From a virus (Duplodnaviria > Caudoviricetes), in IMG/VR virus record IMGVR_UViG_3300042269_000666, positions 12,507 through 76,506 of that record: a stretch of DNA of 64,000 bases; one strand, given 5' to 3'. Under the pieces are notes generated by a model, which was given only the letters and a program-made list of their open reading frames with translations, made no database searches and had not been told where the DNA came from. Positions 46,521-56,340 of this stretch are shown here, in pieces; position 1 is the stretch's first letter; every line of letters begins with the position of its first letter. Position numbers and translations under genes: made by a program.

Positions 46521-47029
46521 TTTTCCGGTTCTCCCTCGAATGTTATCTGCAATTCATAATCTTCGCCGTCATCGAGTTCAACTTCATCATAAACGATCTT
46601 CCAGCAATATTTCTCATGATCATATCCCGACCAGCCAAACTGCCGTTGAAAAACTCCAATGACAAAATGCCCATCATACACATCATCCATAGTAGCTGGA
46701 TTCTTATCGTTTTCATGTATCATTTTCTTTGCTTCTTCAAGCGATTTAGCGAATCCAAGCGAATGATAAACTTCATCGCTCGTGATGTTTCTGATTTCAA
46801 AAATATTTTCGCTTATTTCTCCACAGGCATTGTTAGCCTCTTCCATGATTATATAATCTTCATCGGGAACAAAAATATCATGCCATTCTTCATTGTCAGG
46901 GCAGTGAAACTTTGCACCATAACACCCGAAAAATTCATGTTCTGTCATTGATTCGACTTCAATATCTTCATGGCAAACTTCGCCGTTACCTTGAAATGTT
47001 TTTACTCTAACTTTCACAACTCGCCTCAC
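46517..47029 (-). CDS. Acidic hypothetical protein
   Basis: 170 aa, coupled to neighbours. Confidence 0.55.
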   Translation of the reverse strand: MRRVVKVRVKTFQGNGEVCHEDIEVESMTEHEFFGCYGAKFHCPDNEEWHDIFVPDEDYIIMEEANNACGEISENIFEIRNITSDEVYHSLGFAKSLEEAKKMIHENDKNPATMDDVYDGHFVIGVFQRQFGWSGYDHEKYCWKIVYDEVELDDGEDYELQITFEGEPEK

Positions 47030-47865
47030 TTGTTTTCTTTTTCATACGCTTTGACGAATTCAGCAACACCGTACCCTGCATATTTGTGGGGCTCTGCGAA
47101 TTTGTCTGCACATGCTTCTGTACCGTTGCAGTGTTCTTCGGGAATTTTACATTCATAACATGGAGATTTGCATGGTCCCAGAATATTGATATAGCAGTCC
47201 CGGACGTGAACAGGTTTCAAGAGTTCCTTAAGGGCTTGTCGTATTGCGGTGTCAATTGCAGTATTGAATAAATCCATCCTTTCAGATGCCGGATTTATCC
47301 ATCCGCATTTATCAAGGTCATCGTAAGCACGCTTCCGAAGACACTCCATCTCATCAAAAAGATTATTATAAATTTTATCGAGTTCTTCTTTAGAAAAATC
47401 TTCCTTTTTTTTATCAAGAAGTCCATGCTTTTTTTCCCATAATCGTAGAGCATGTTTGTCACGGCGATTCCATTTGCCCTTAGGAACTGCAAAAGGATAA
47501 CCGTTTTCACGAGCCAACCGTTGTGCATCGGCGTTTTTAATGAGAAACGGCATACATCTTAGTCTATGTAATTCTTGATATTTTTCTTTTGAGAATCGAA
47601 CCCCGAATGAACAACTAGCACTTGAATTGCCTTTGATCATTACCCATAGATAAACCCCGTTCAAAGGAGTTGTCAGCACCCAAGACGCTAGTGTTTTGTA
47701 ATCATCATAGCCCTCAAAACTGAATCCGAAACGCCGCAAGAGGTAAGCGGTTGCGTGACCATAATCGAACTTATCACCATATATTTCCTGGGCTATTTTG
47801 CCCGGGTTTAATTCTCCCCCTGAGCCGAAACCATTTAAAAATTCTTCACCTGTGTACTGTTGCAT
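47026..47865 (-). CDS. Hypothetical protein
   Basis: 279 aa, AAGGAG RBS. Confidence 0.6.
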   Translation of the reverse strand: MQQYTGEEFLNGFGSGGELNPGKIAQEIYGDKFDYGHATAYLLRRFGFSFEGYDDYKTLASWVLTTPLNGVYLWVMIKGNSSASCSFGVRFSKEKYQELHRLRCMPFLIKNADAQRLARENGYPFAVPKGKWNRRDKHALRLWEKKHGLLDKKKEDFSKEELDKIYNNLFDEMECLRKRAYDDLDKCGWINPASERMDLFNTAIDTAIRQALKELLKPVHVRDCYINILGPCKSPCYECKIPEEHCNGTEACADKFAEPHKYAGYGVAEFVKAYEKENK

Positions 47866-47879
47866 AAGTATCTCCTTTT

Positions 47880-48269
47880 TTATAAGTTTTTATTCTCAAC
47901 CCTGACGAAAATACCAGGTACTTCAGAATGATATTTCTCGATGGTTTCTGAATAGACCTGAGAATCATCGTTCCAATATCCTGTTTTAGTCATTGCGTCC
48001 TTTACCAGCTTGATCAGATTATCTGTATCGGGGCGTGTAAGCTTGGGAATAACACCGCTTTTACCTTTGAGATGCGGAAAGTTGAACGTAACCGTCAATT
48101 TTATAGCACCAGTAAAGGGCTTTTCAGGCTTATACAACTCCATTACAGCTTGCCAGAATGCGGTAGCTTTTTTCAGGTTGTCACCTTTGTAACCGCCTTT
48201 CTTATTTTGTCTGCGCTGCTGTGCGGTGGTCTTGGGAATGACGCATTCATGATAGAATTCAATTTTCAC
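47880..48269 (-). CDS. rusA: RusA family Holliday junction resolvase
   Basis: RPDTDNLIKLVKDAM..WNDDSQV. Confidence 0.9.
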   Translation of the reverse strand: MKIEFYHECVIPKTTAQQRRQNKKGGYKGDNLKKATAFWQAVMELYKPEKPFTGAIKLTVTFNFPHLKGKSGVIPKLTRPDTDNLIKLVKDAMTKTGYWNDDSQVYSETIEKYHSEVPGIFVRVENKNL

Positions 48270-50476
48270 TTTGTTTCTCCTTTGGGAAATACAAGCCCGT
48301 TTTTATAGTTAAGCTTGTTACATGAAGTAATCCGTTTGCGCACTGACTGCTCACCGATCCCAAGATATTCAGCCATGTCTTTAACTGTTACAGGCTCACT
48401 ACTACCCATATTCACCGCGTTATAAGCCTTGAACGTTTCATCACTGGTTTGCTTTTTCTTATTGGCAACAGCTTCTTTGCGCGATGGCTTAGGAGCTGGT
48501 TCACCGATTGCAAGGCAGTCCGCTAATTCGTCATTATCATCAACTGGGTGAGTCGGATAATCGAAAAAGCAGTTAATGGGCTTGAATGACGCAAATTCAC
48601 GCAGAATACCGCCTATGCGCCATGCTGTGAGCTTTTCAGCATTAATACGAGCATGAGGGCGCACTGAACGCATAACGTCTCCTAAGCCGTGCTTTTCTGC
48701 CCAGTCCGCAAGATGGTTGCCGTTTGTGATTGTATCCTGATCACAATCATCCATCCAATCCGGCCTTGCCTTGCCAAAAGCGGCAATCATGGCTTCACAT
48801 TCCCGAACGTTTATGATCTGTTTGCGTTTAGCGTCGGTAATATCAAGCTGTATCATGTCGAGCAATGCGTCAGGATCACGAGCGAAAACGCCGGAACCGC
48901 TTGCACGGTCATGTGCTGATTTCTGCCCCTGCTGACCTTTTGAATGATGATGACAGTAGATTACTGACGCTTTCAGCTCATGACATACCTTGTCAAACTG
49001 GTTACAGAACTTTGCCATCTGATCGGCTGAGTTTTCATCACCCGTGATAACCTTGTAAATCGGGTCGATTATGATTGCTATGTAGTTCTTTTTTATGGCT
49101 CGTCTGATCAATTTGGGCGCAAGCTTATCCATTGCCATGGACTGACCGCGCAAGTGCCACATATCAATCAAACTGGCATTTTTCATAGGCAAGCCCATAG
49201 CCTTGTAAACGTCTGCCAAACGATGATAACAGCTTGCCCTGTCCAACTCCAAGTTTACATAGAGCACACGCCCCTGAGTGCATAGCCAGCCCAGCCACTT
49301 AACGCCCTCAGCGATTGCTACAGCTAATTCAAGCTGCAGGAAACTTTTGCCAGCCTTTGACGGTCCCGATAACAGCATTTTATGGCCTTGGCGCAAAATT
49401 CCCTCTATCAGGTTATCAGCCAGCGCAGGAGGATTTTTAACAAACTCCTCAGAGTTTTCCACGTCCGGCAAATCATCATTTAAGGCGGCAATCCAGTCTT
49501 CCCAGTCTTTCCATGAATCCTGACCAATATTGATATCAACAAGGCGTTGCTGCTTGCCGTTGCGTGTGGCACCAGGCAGACGCGAAAGCCGTGAGGGATT
49601 GCGGTTCTGACGGTCGATTACCAGTCCGTTACGCTTGCAAACGTCATACAGGAAATCAACTCGTTTCTGATATTCCTTGTAGTCCGGAGCGTCGACTTTT
49701 ACAATAGCATGCAAAGATTTACCGCCTGAATGAACCAGCGCGGCAACAGGCAGTTCCAGTTCTTTGATGATCGTATACTGACGCTCAATGCTGATTACAT
49801 CGGATTCAACAAGCGCATAGCGGTACTCGGTTACATTCTTATCAAAAGAACCGTTCCCGTCCATTGGATTAAAGCGAATCCAAGCACCGCATTCTTCCGG
49901 CCAGTCCCCGATTACTTCGCCAAGTTCCTTGGCTTTTTGCAATTCCTCAATCAATTCTCCTGCTGTACGTTTGGACGCTCCACGCTTGGGCATCCACTTG
50001 TAACTGCCGTCTGGATTGTCGACCTGGTACGCATCGGCAACAATACAGACGTGTTCGTCTACCTGAAAAACAGTTTGCAGGTATTTGGTCAGGTCATTGA
50101 CTCCGCTCCAATTCATCGGGGCAGGAGGAAGTTCTTTTTCTTCGAGCCATTCTTCCTTGATGACTTTCAGTTCATCAACCTTGATCGTGTCGTTCCAGTC
50201 AAGTTTTCCTGCAACGTTGGGGATATAACTATCTTCCCATACCACAGGCTGCTTACGTCCGTATTCGACGGCCTGTTGCCATTTCTTTTTGCCCTCTTTC
50301 GCGTCAAGGCACAGCCCTACAGCCAAGTTTTCCAAGTCCAGCATTTCAGATTGAGAGATGGCGCCGCCAGCCGCATAGCCGCCAGCTAAACGCCCGACAT
50401 CACGGAGGCAAAGGTGCATTTCACCCTGAATCATGCCCTCTTTAAGTTTCTGACCGACAATTTCACTTGCTTTCAT
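48266..50476 (-). CDS. Primase-helicase (primase-like + AAA_25/RepA ATPase + C-terminal HTH)
   Basis: VHSGGKSLHAIV, NPSRLSRLPG, Walker A GPSKAGKS, IIIDP, HHHSKG, terminal HTH. Confidence 0.88.
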   Translation of the reverse strand: MKASEIVGQKLKEGMIQGEMHLCLRDVGRLAGGYAAGGAISQSEMLDLENLAVGLCLDAKEGKKKWQQAVEYGRKQPVVWEDSYIPNVAGKLDWNDTIKVDELKVIKEEWLEEKELPPAPMNWSGVNDLTKYLQTVFQVDEHVCIVADAYQVDNPDGSYKWMPKRGASKRTAGELIEELQKAKELGEVIGDWPEECGAWIRFNPMDGNGSFDKNVTEYRYALVESDVISIERQYTIIKELELPVAALVHSGGKSLHAIVKVDAPDYKEYQKRVDFLYDVCKRNGLVIDRQNRNPSRLSRLPGATRNGKQQRLVDINIGQDSWKDWEDWIAALNDDLPDVENSEEFVKNPPALADNLIEGILRQGHKMLLSGPSKAGKSFLQLELAVAIAEGVKWLGWLCTQGRVLYVNLELDRASCYHRLADVYKAMGLPMKNASLIDMWHLRGQSMAMDKLAPKLIRRAIKKNYIAIIIDPIYKVITGDENSADQMAKFCNQFDKVCHELKASVIYCHHHSKGQQGQKSAHDRASGSGVFARDPDALLDMIQLDITDAKRKQIINVRECEAMIAAFGKARPDWMDDCDQDTITNGNHLADWAEKHGLGDVMRSVRPHARINAEKLTAWRIGGILREFASFKPINCFFDYPTHPVDDNDELADCLAIGEPAPKPSRKEAVANKKKQTSDETFKAYNAVNMGSSEPVTVKDMAEYLGIGEQSVRKRITSCNKLNYKNGLVFPKGETK

Positions 50477-51318
50477 CAGTTATCCTCATCTTCATCGACA
50501 TAAACGTATTTGCCATCAACCAGCTTGTAATCTTCTTTTCTGTCAGGTCTGAGCCTGAAAGCAATTTCATAAGCTTCTTTACTGCAATCTTCTACTGGTG
50601 CTATTCCACCCACTCCATTTTGAGCTTGTCCACAACCGCAGTTGCTGCCTGTATCTTCATCGCTCCATTCGTAATAGAATTTTACCTCTGGGAACATCTT
50701 GGATATTTTGTATATCAGATTAGGAACTCCATTCCATGCCGTTTCAAAATCAAACATGCCGTCATTGATACGTTCACAACTGTATGAATTCCATTTTGTG
50801 CCCCATTTTTCACGGCTCCATGAATACCAGGTAGCGTGTCCATATTTTTCCATGTTTTCGGCATAAATAAATCCACGTTCAATCATTTCTTTTTTTCTTT
50901 CAAGAGGAGCTTCCCAAAAGCGATTAAGATATAATTGAATATTGCCGAATATACTTTCAGTTTTTCCGGTAAGGACTGCGTAACCAGTCTCGCCGATTGT
51001 GCCCGATTCTACATTTAGAGATTCAGGCATCGGAACGATCTTATCAAAATCTGGGAATCGTATCCATTCTTCTGTATAATCCTGTTCAAAGTCTTCTGGA
51101 GCACCATTTACTGGGTCTTGTCCCATTTTGGTAAATAGGTTAGTTTCTTCTTCAAGCCACCCGTAAGTGTGCTTTTGTGTTTTATGCTTAAAAATAAGCT
51201 TTCCGTCAAAAGCTTTTCTTTTTTCTCTTGGAAAATGAGTACTCAGTTGCTCGTACACTGCGTTAATCTGCACTTGGGTTCCCATGATGTGAATTCTGTT
51301 TTTGATGTGATTAGGCAT
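50476..51318 (-). CDS. DUF1281/YubB ferredoxin-like domain protein
   Basis: MPNH..FDKIVPMP..WGTKWN..FETAW. Confidence 0.7.
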   Translation of the reverse strand: MPNHIKNRIHIMGTQVQINAVYEQLSTHFPREKRKAFDGKLIFKHKTQKHTYGWLEEETNLFTKMGQDPVNGAPEDFEQDYTEEWIRFPDFDKIVPMPESLNVESGTIGETGYAVLTGKTESIFGNIQLYLNRFWEAPLERKKEMIERGFIYAENMEKYGHATWYSWSREKWGTKWNSYSCERINDGMFDFETAWNGVPNLIYKISKMFPEVKFYYEWSDEDTGSNCGCGQAQNGVGGIAPVEDCSKEAYEIAFRLRPDRKEDYKLVDGKYVYVDEDEDN

Positions 51319-51321
51319 GGT

Positions 51322-51870
51322 TTACTTTCCTTTTGAGGTTATATGATTGCGGTAAACATTTCTTTCCTGAAAGTCTGATGCTGTCAGCATTATAGGAAGT
51401 TCAAAGTTATAAATTCCGAGTTGTCCTTTGCAGGGAATAGGCTTATTCAGAAGCACGGGATTGTCGATCACCCAATGCCAAGGTGCATCCATAGCCCACG
51501 GGCTAGAGTGATCCTGTACGCAGTCGACAATCTCAACATGTCCGATTATGTGACCAGGCATAAAGTGATTTTGAATATCGCAACGTTTTATATCGAACCT
51601 TTCACACATCCAGTCAAACGCTCCAAACTCAATTGTATTGGGGATTTGAATAAACACCTCCCCACGATAGTTAGTTCGTCTTGTGCGATTTTCGATGTCC
51701 TTTACTGGCACTCCTTTCGGCAACTGCTTTCCGAAAAACCAGTATCCCCAAGGAGCACGAACTGATAAAACTTTTACTATAAAGTCCTCTTTTGTTAAAG
51801 GGGTATCACAACCCAGTGAATCATAATCAACGCCACATTCCTCTGCCATAAATTCTTTTTCTATGCTCAT
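51322..51870 (-). CDS. ASCH domain protein
   Basis: LSVRAPW..KDIENR..YRG..IIGHVEIVDC..KGQLG. Confidence 0.8.
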   Translation of the reverse strand: MSIEKEFMAEECGVDYDSLGCDTPLTKEDFIVKVLSVRAPWGYWFFGKQLPKGVPVKDIENRTRRTNYRGEVFIQIPNTIEFGAFDWMCERFDIKRCDIQNHFMPGHIIGHVEIVDCVQDHSSPWAMDAPWHWVIDNPVLLNKPIPCKGQLGIYNFELPIMLTASDFQERNVYRNHITSKGK

Positions 51871-52316
51871 GATTGTTCCTCAGTATAGTTAATAGCTTTG
51901 CTGTAATCTATGAGTTCACTATCAACATGTAATACCGCTTTGCTCTTGATGTAATTAGCATCCCATATTTGATATTTACCGTCTGCCATTCTTGCATATT
52001 TTTCCGCTTCGGCACGACTGAATACTTCAGCGTCATTAATGTTGCACGTGTAGCCGTTGCCGTTCTTACGATAGAAGAGCAGGCAATTACCTACCCATGT
52101 TCTATTAACGGTCAGATAGCATTCACGCTTATCCAAACACGTACAGTTATCATCTGTTTCGCAATGCAGTTTGCCTTTGTTTTTGCATGGTGTATTTATA
52201 TGATTTTCCTTTCCAATCTCTTCGTTGTAATAACACCCACAATGAATGACACCGTGACATAAACTGCCATAAAGAAACTGGGCTTCTTTTCCACAATTTG
52301 GACATTTTTCAATCAT
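51867..52316 (-). CDS. Cys-rich hypothetical protein
   Basis: 149 aa, coupled to ASCH gene. Confidence 0.55.
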   Translation of the reverse strand: MIEKCPNCGKEAQFLYGSLCHGVIHCGCYYNEEIGKENHINTPCKNKGKLHCETDDNCTCLDKRECYLTVNRTWVGNCLLFYRKNGNGYTCNINDAEVFSRAEAEKYARMADGKYQIWDANYIKSKAVLHVDSELIDYSKAINYTEEQS

Positions 52317-52336
52317 TTTTTGACTCCTGTTTTTTG

Positions 52337-53881
52337 TTACGCCGCCAATCCTGCGGCAATTATTGCTTTAGCCATAATCGGAGGAACGGCATTTCCTATT
52401 TGCTTGACTTTTTGAGTGCTGTTACCGCTGAATTTGTAATCTTTCGGGAAACTGGTAGCAGCAGCCAGTTCATGCCATTTCAGCATTCTAAACCGAATAT
52501 CCAGCGTGTATTTACATCCCTCAACTAGCGCGAAACGGTCTTTAGTCGTAACCGTTCCCAGCGGTTTGCCTATGCTTTCCGCGTTTTCGCCTGAGCTGTA
52601 ATATTTCAACAGGAAAGGCTCAACGAGGGCGTGACCGCAACGAGTTGTAATTGTCGGCAAGGGCTTATGTATCGACACACAATCAACACCGCTCATCTGA
52701 TGCAGTATCAGCGGTTCAACCAAGCAATGTTCTGCTTTGGTCACAACTGTACTTAACGGCTCGTGGATGCTTTTGGAGCGATCTTTACTGCTGGTGTGTC
52801 CGGTAGCCATGATGAACGGTTCAACAACTCCATAGCGGTTGGAACAATCCAGTACCGGCACAGGTTCATTGATTGAGTGATTGCGATCTTCTCCACCGTT
52901 ATAACGAGTCAGGAATGGTTCGACTAACCCAAAATTAACCCCACCTGCGGTTACTGTCGGCAAAGGATTTTTCATGTCGCAAGTTGTTCCCGTCCCGTAA
53001 TGCTTTGTAAAAAACGGTTCAACTATTCCGGCATGAATGCCTCCGCAACTGACTGTAGGCAAGGGCTGGTTTATTTCCCGTGTTTTACTTTGTCCACGAA
53101 GAATTACCAAAAACGGCTCAGCCCATTCGCCCCAATACTTCTTTATTCCGGTTTCGATACGTTTAAGGGTATTTTCCGCAAGAGGCTTTTTGCGGTTAAA
53201 AATAGATTTGCTTTTGACATTCCAGTCAATTATATCCTTGGCTGGAACCCATCTTTCAGAAGCAAACATGTCCGGTTCCTGCGTATGGGTTTCTGCAGGC
53301 CAAGCAATTTTGTTCTTACCTCTGACCGCTTGCAGGATTACCCGTCTGCGAGTAGTTGGAGCTCCGTAATTAGCCGCGTTCATGATTCGCCAGTCAACTC
53401 TGTATCCTAAAGACTCAAGCGCAGTGACGAAAGCTATGAACGTTTGCCCTTTCTTTGATTTCAGTGGCTTGCCTGATGCTCCTAATGGTCCCCAGTCGAG
53501 AAATTCAGGCACGTTTTCAATGTACAGCCTGTCGACATACAATTCCTGAACCCATTTCAAAACCAGCCATGCGCTTGCACGGCTTTGGTCACTGCAAGGC
53601 TTGCCTCCACGGGCACGGCTATGGTGTGTGCATTCAGGAGAAGCCCAAAGCACATGTACACGTCCACCTGGTATCGCTTTCCACGGATCAACCGTCTGAA
53701 TGCTTTCGCATTTATGTTTTACTTCGGGATGGTTCTTGGAATGTGTTTCGATGGCGATATCCCAGTGATTGATAGCCAGCATTTCATATTCTTTGCCGGC
53801 TTCCTTAAAGGCTTCTATCATGCCCGTGGTTTCACCGCCAGCACCGCAAAACAAGTCCACCGCTATAAGTTTCTTAGTCAT
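52337..53881 (-). CDS. Phage DNA cytosine-5 methyltransferase with repeated target-recognition region
   Basis: DLFCGAGG, SPECTHHS, ENVPEF, QIGNAVPP; six PLxTV..VEP repeats. Confidence 0.9.
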   Translation of the reverse strand: MTKKLIAVDLFCGAGGETTGMIEAFKEAGKEYEMLAINHWDIAIETHSKNHPEVKHKCESIQTVDPWKAIPGGRVHVLWASPECTHHSRARGGKPCSDQSRASAWLVLKWVQELYVDRLYIENVPEFLDWGPLGASGKPLKSKKGQTFIAFVTALESLGYRVDWRIMNAANYGAPTTRRRVILQAVRGKNKIAWPAETHTQEPDMFASERWVPAKDIIDWNVKSKSIFNRKKPLAENTLKRIETGIKKYWGEWAEPFLVILRGQSKTREINQPLPTVSCGGIHAGIVEPFFTKHYGTGTTCDMKNPLPTVTAGGVNFGLVEPFLTRYNGGEDRNHSINEPVPVLDCSNRYGVVEPFIMATGHTSSKDRSKSIHEPLSTVVTKAEHCLVEPLILHQMSGVDCVSIHKPLPTITTRCGHALVEPFLLKYYSSGENAESIGKPLGTVTTKDRFALVEGCKYTLDIRFRMLKWHELAAATSFPKDYKFSGNSTQKVKQIGNAVPPIMAKAIIAAGLAA

Positions 53882-54405
53882 TTTGCCTCGGTGATTTTAT
53901 TGAATTCAGAAGCCAATATTTCAATAGCATATTCCGGTGGAGTCCACATAGGCTTACAATTGCTTAGGTATTTATCAGGAAAATGAAAAACAATACATGT
54001 TTTATCTTTTGATACTTGCCAATTAATACTTATAAGGAAGTTACGCTCATCAATTCTGGCATCATATTTATAAATGCCACGTGCTGGAAAATTCAATAAA
54101 TTCATAGCATCTTGTATTTTTGCAGATGGGAGTTTGTTTATTTTATCCCAAAACTCCCTGTTGCGCTGATAAGGTTTTTGCATACCATTGTGATCCGGCT
54201 TACAAAAACCTTTTGGGGCTTTGTCTTTAAACTGCAATCCTGCAAATTCGCAATATTCAACCCGTCCAGAATTATAGGTGAATAATTCTGCATTGTAACT
54301 TTTTGCTATTGCTAATAATTGAATCCTTTTTTCTTCAATTCGCTTTTCAATATTAGTAAAACAATCAACAATTTCTTTTTTTGTGACTTTGAAATACATC
54401 TTCAT
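53878..54405 (-). CDS. Hypothetical protein (AT-rich)
   Basis: 175 aa in operon. Confidence 0.55.
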   Translation of the reverse strand: MKMYFKVTKKEIVDCFTNIEKRIEEKRIQLLAIAKSYNAELFTYNSGRVEYCEFAGLQFKDKAPKGFCKPDHNGMQKPYQRNREFWDKINKLPSAKIQDAMNLLNFPARGIYKYDARIDERNFLISINWQVSKDKTCIVFHFPDKYLSNCKPMWTPPEYAIEILASEFNKITEAK

Positions 54406-54413
54406 TACTCCAT

Positions 54414-55205
54414 TTAAAAATTCATCAATAATTGTCCGGTTTCGGTTCTCTGATATTCAATTTTTGGAATATCAATTACGGGCGTTTTGGGTTGTAGTTC
54501 CGGGGTATTCATCAAGGCTTTCATGCTGTCAAGCAGTTTGTAAGACCGCAGTTTTTCAGGCCAGTGATTCAAGAAGTAGACAGGCGTGAACCATGCTTTA
54601 CGGCATTCGACTTGCAGGCAATCGCCCCATATTACCTGTCCGGCTGCTCCAAGCAATGAAAGCTGAATGTAAGCCATATTACAGCACTTGTAATCAATAT
54701 CCTGAGCCGTGAAAAGAACTTTGTTCTGAAAATCAAACCCTTGCTCCTGCAGACGGTCACAAGTTGCGATCAACATGGCACCGCCACCAATGCACGGGTC
54801 GTTGATTTCTATATAACGCTCATTTTCCAGCCCTTTTACATCACAAGAAGTCATTCTTGCCATCATCAAGCATATTTCATATGGAGTAAAAAACTGACCT
54901 TTCCATTTATTGCCGAATTCCAACCCCATATAGACTTCTCCAAGGAAGTCCTGAAAGCGGTATTCCAGCGCATCGGTAACGATACTGGACAGTTTGTCCA
55001 TCTTCTTGTAATCTTCGCTGTAACGTTCTGCAATTGTTTTAACTCTTAAAGCAGCTTCCTTACCATAAAAGGGCATTTGCAGACATGCGGCGAAAACATC
55101 CAGGAAGTCATTCCATACATTCCAACGGTCATGTTTACTGCTGATTGAATTAAATACCTTGATGAACTCTTTCTGATATTCATCATTACCCCGGAACCTA
55201 GCCAT
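54414..55205 (-). CDS. N6-adenine methyltransferase-like (HsdM-related) protein
   Basis: GQFFTP, DPCIGGGAML, QDID; no canonical NPPY/F. Confidence 0.7.
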   Translation of the reverse strand: MARFRGNDEYQKEFIKVFNSISSKHDRWNVWNDFLDVFAACLQMPFYGKEAALRVKTIAERYSEDYKKMDKLSSIVTDALEYRFQDFLGEVYMGLEFGNKWKGQFFTPYEICLMMARMTSCDVKGLENERYIEINDPCIGGGAMLIATCDRLQEQGFDFQNKVLFTAQDIDYKCCNMAYIQLSLLGAAGQVIWGDCLQVECRKAWFTPVYFLNHWPEKLRSYKLLDSMKALMNTPELQPKTPVIDIPKIEYQRTETGQLLMNF

Positions 55206-55207
55206 GA

Positions 55208-56320
55208 TTAACGGTCCCTTGCTGGCATAATGATGAAGATAAAACCATTATCATCAGTTACCTTGCTAGGACAATATTTGTCAGAAAAATGCAAGTTAAT
55301 TTTTTCAGCTTTCAAGTTTTTTATTGCTTGAATAAAGAGCTGTGGACTAAAACACATTTTTACCGGTTCGTCTTGATATTCAACTGAAATGAATGAGTTA
55401 AATTTGATTAATACCCTAGAGTCATTACGTTCTGTTGAGAATGATAATTTGTTATCATAAACTTCAAGTTGAAAGAATGAACCTGAATCAAGCATACTGA
55501 TGATCAGCTCAATATTTTGCTTAAACTCTTTCAACGGCACAGATACTTTGTGCTTGCTGTTTTTAGGAAATACTTGACGATAGTTTGGATAATTCGCAAC
55601 AATAGCTTTACACATGATACAGCTTTCATTGTTGCTTATTCTTATACGAGTGTTTTCTAAAAGGTCGAAAACAACATTTTTATCACCTTTCTTGAACATC
55701 TTCAATATTAGCTTTATAGCGTCATATGGAAGTATGAACTCACCTTTTCCCTCTCCAGCAGTTTCAACTGTTTCATTGACCAGGCATTTTCCGTTTGTAC
55801 TGGTAAAGGTTGTTTCCTGCTTGTTATTTTCAACACATATGCCGTGCAAGCCTTTTCGGGTGTCATCAAGGCTTATAGTACCCAAAGTATTATTTAAAAC
55901 TTTGATAAGCTTATCCCGTTTAATTATAAATGTGTTAATTGGCGCCGCTTCTATTTCTGTTGGAAAATCGTCAAGCGTGGAAAGCTCCAAGCATTTTTCT
56001 CCAGCGGTAATACAGAGGAGGCAGGGAGAACCAGCCAACTCTAATGATATTTCCTGGTCAGGGATTTTGGTAATTAACTTTTGCAAAAGCCTTGCATTTA
56101 CACATGCGGTACCGAATGCTGATGAAACAGTTGCGTTAATTTTTACTTCCGCTCGAATAGAAACATCTTCATCAACTGTAGTCAAGTGCAGTTTATCCGA
56201 AGAAGCTTGCAATTTAACAGTCTTCAATACAGGAATTATATTAAATGATCTTTTGGAGACAATTGTAGCTATTTGCCTAAGAGCGTTCAACAAATCTTTT
56301 GTCTTAATTTTGATATTCAT
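55208..56320 (-). CDS. dnaN: DNA polymerase III beta sliding clamp homologue
   Basis: 370 aa, IPVLKTVKL, DDFP, STNGKCL, NYPNYRQVFP, IIMPAR C-terminus. Confidence 0.85.
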   Translation of the reverse strand: MNIKIKTKDLLNALRQIATIVSKRSFNIIPVLKTVKLQASSDKLHLTTVDEDVSIRAEVKINATVSSAFGTACVNARLLQKLITKIPDQEISLELAGSPCLLCITAGEKCLELSTLDDFPTEIEAAPINTFIIKRDKLIKVLNNTLGTISLDDTRKGLHGICVENNKQETTFTSTNGKCLVNETVETAGEGKGEFILPYDAIKLILKMFKKGDKNVVFDLLENTRIRISNNESCIMCKAIVANYPNYRQVFPKNSKHKVSVPLKEFKQNIELIISMLDSGSFFQLEVYDNKLSFSTERNDSRVLIKFNSFISVEYQDEPVKMCFSPQLFIQAIKNLKAEKINLHFSDKYCPSKVTDDNGFIFIIMPARDR

Positions 56321-56340
56321 TTTTGTACCTTTTGAATGAA

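Noticed and set aside
19588-50476. Inteins, introns or stop-codon recoding in terminase, capsid or primase
   Set aside because: Proteins have normal lengths and continuous frames under the standard code.
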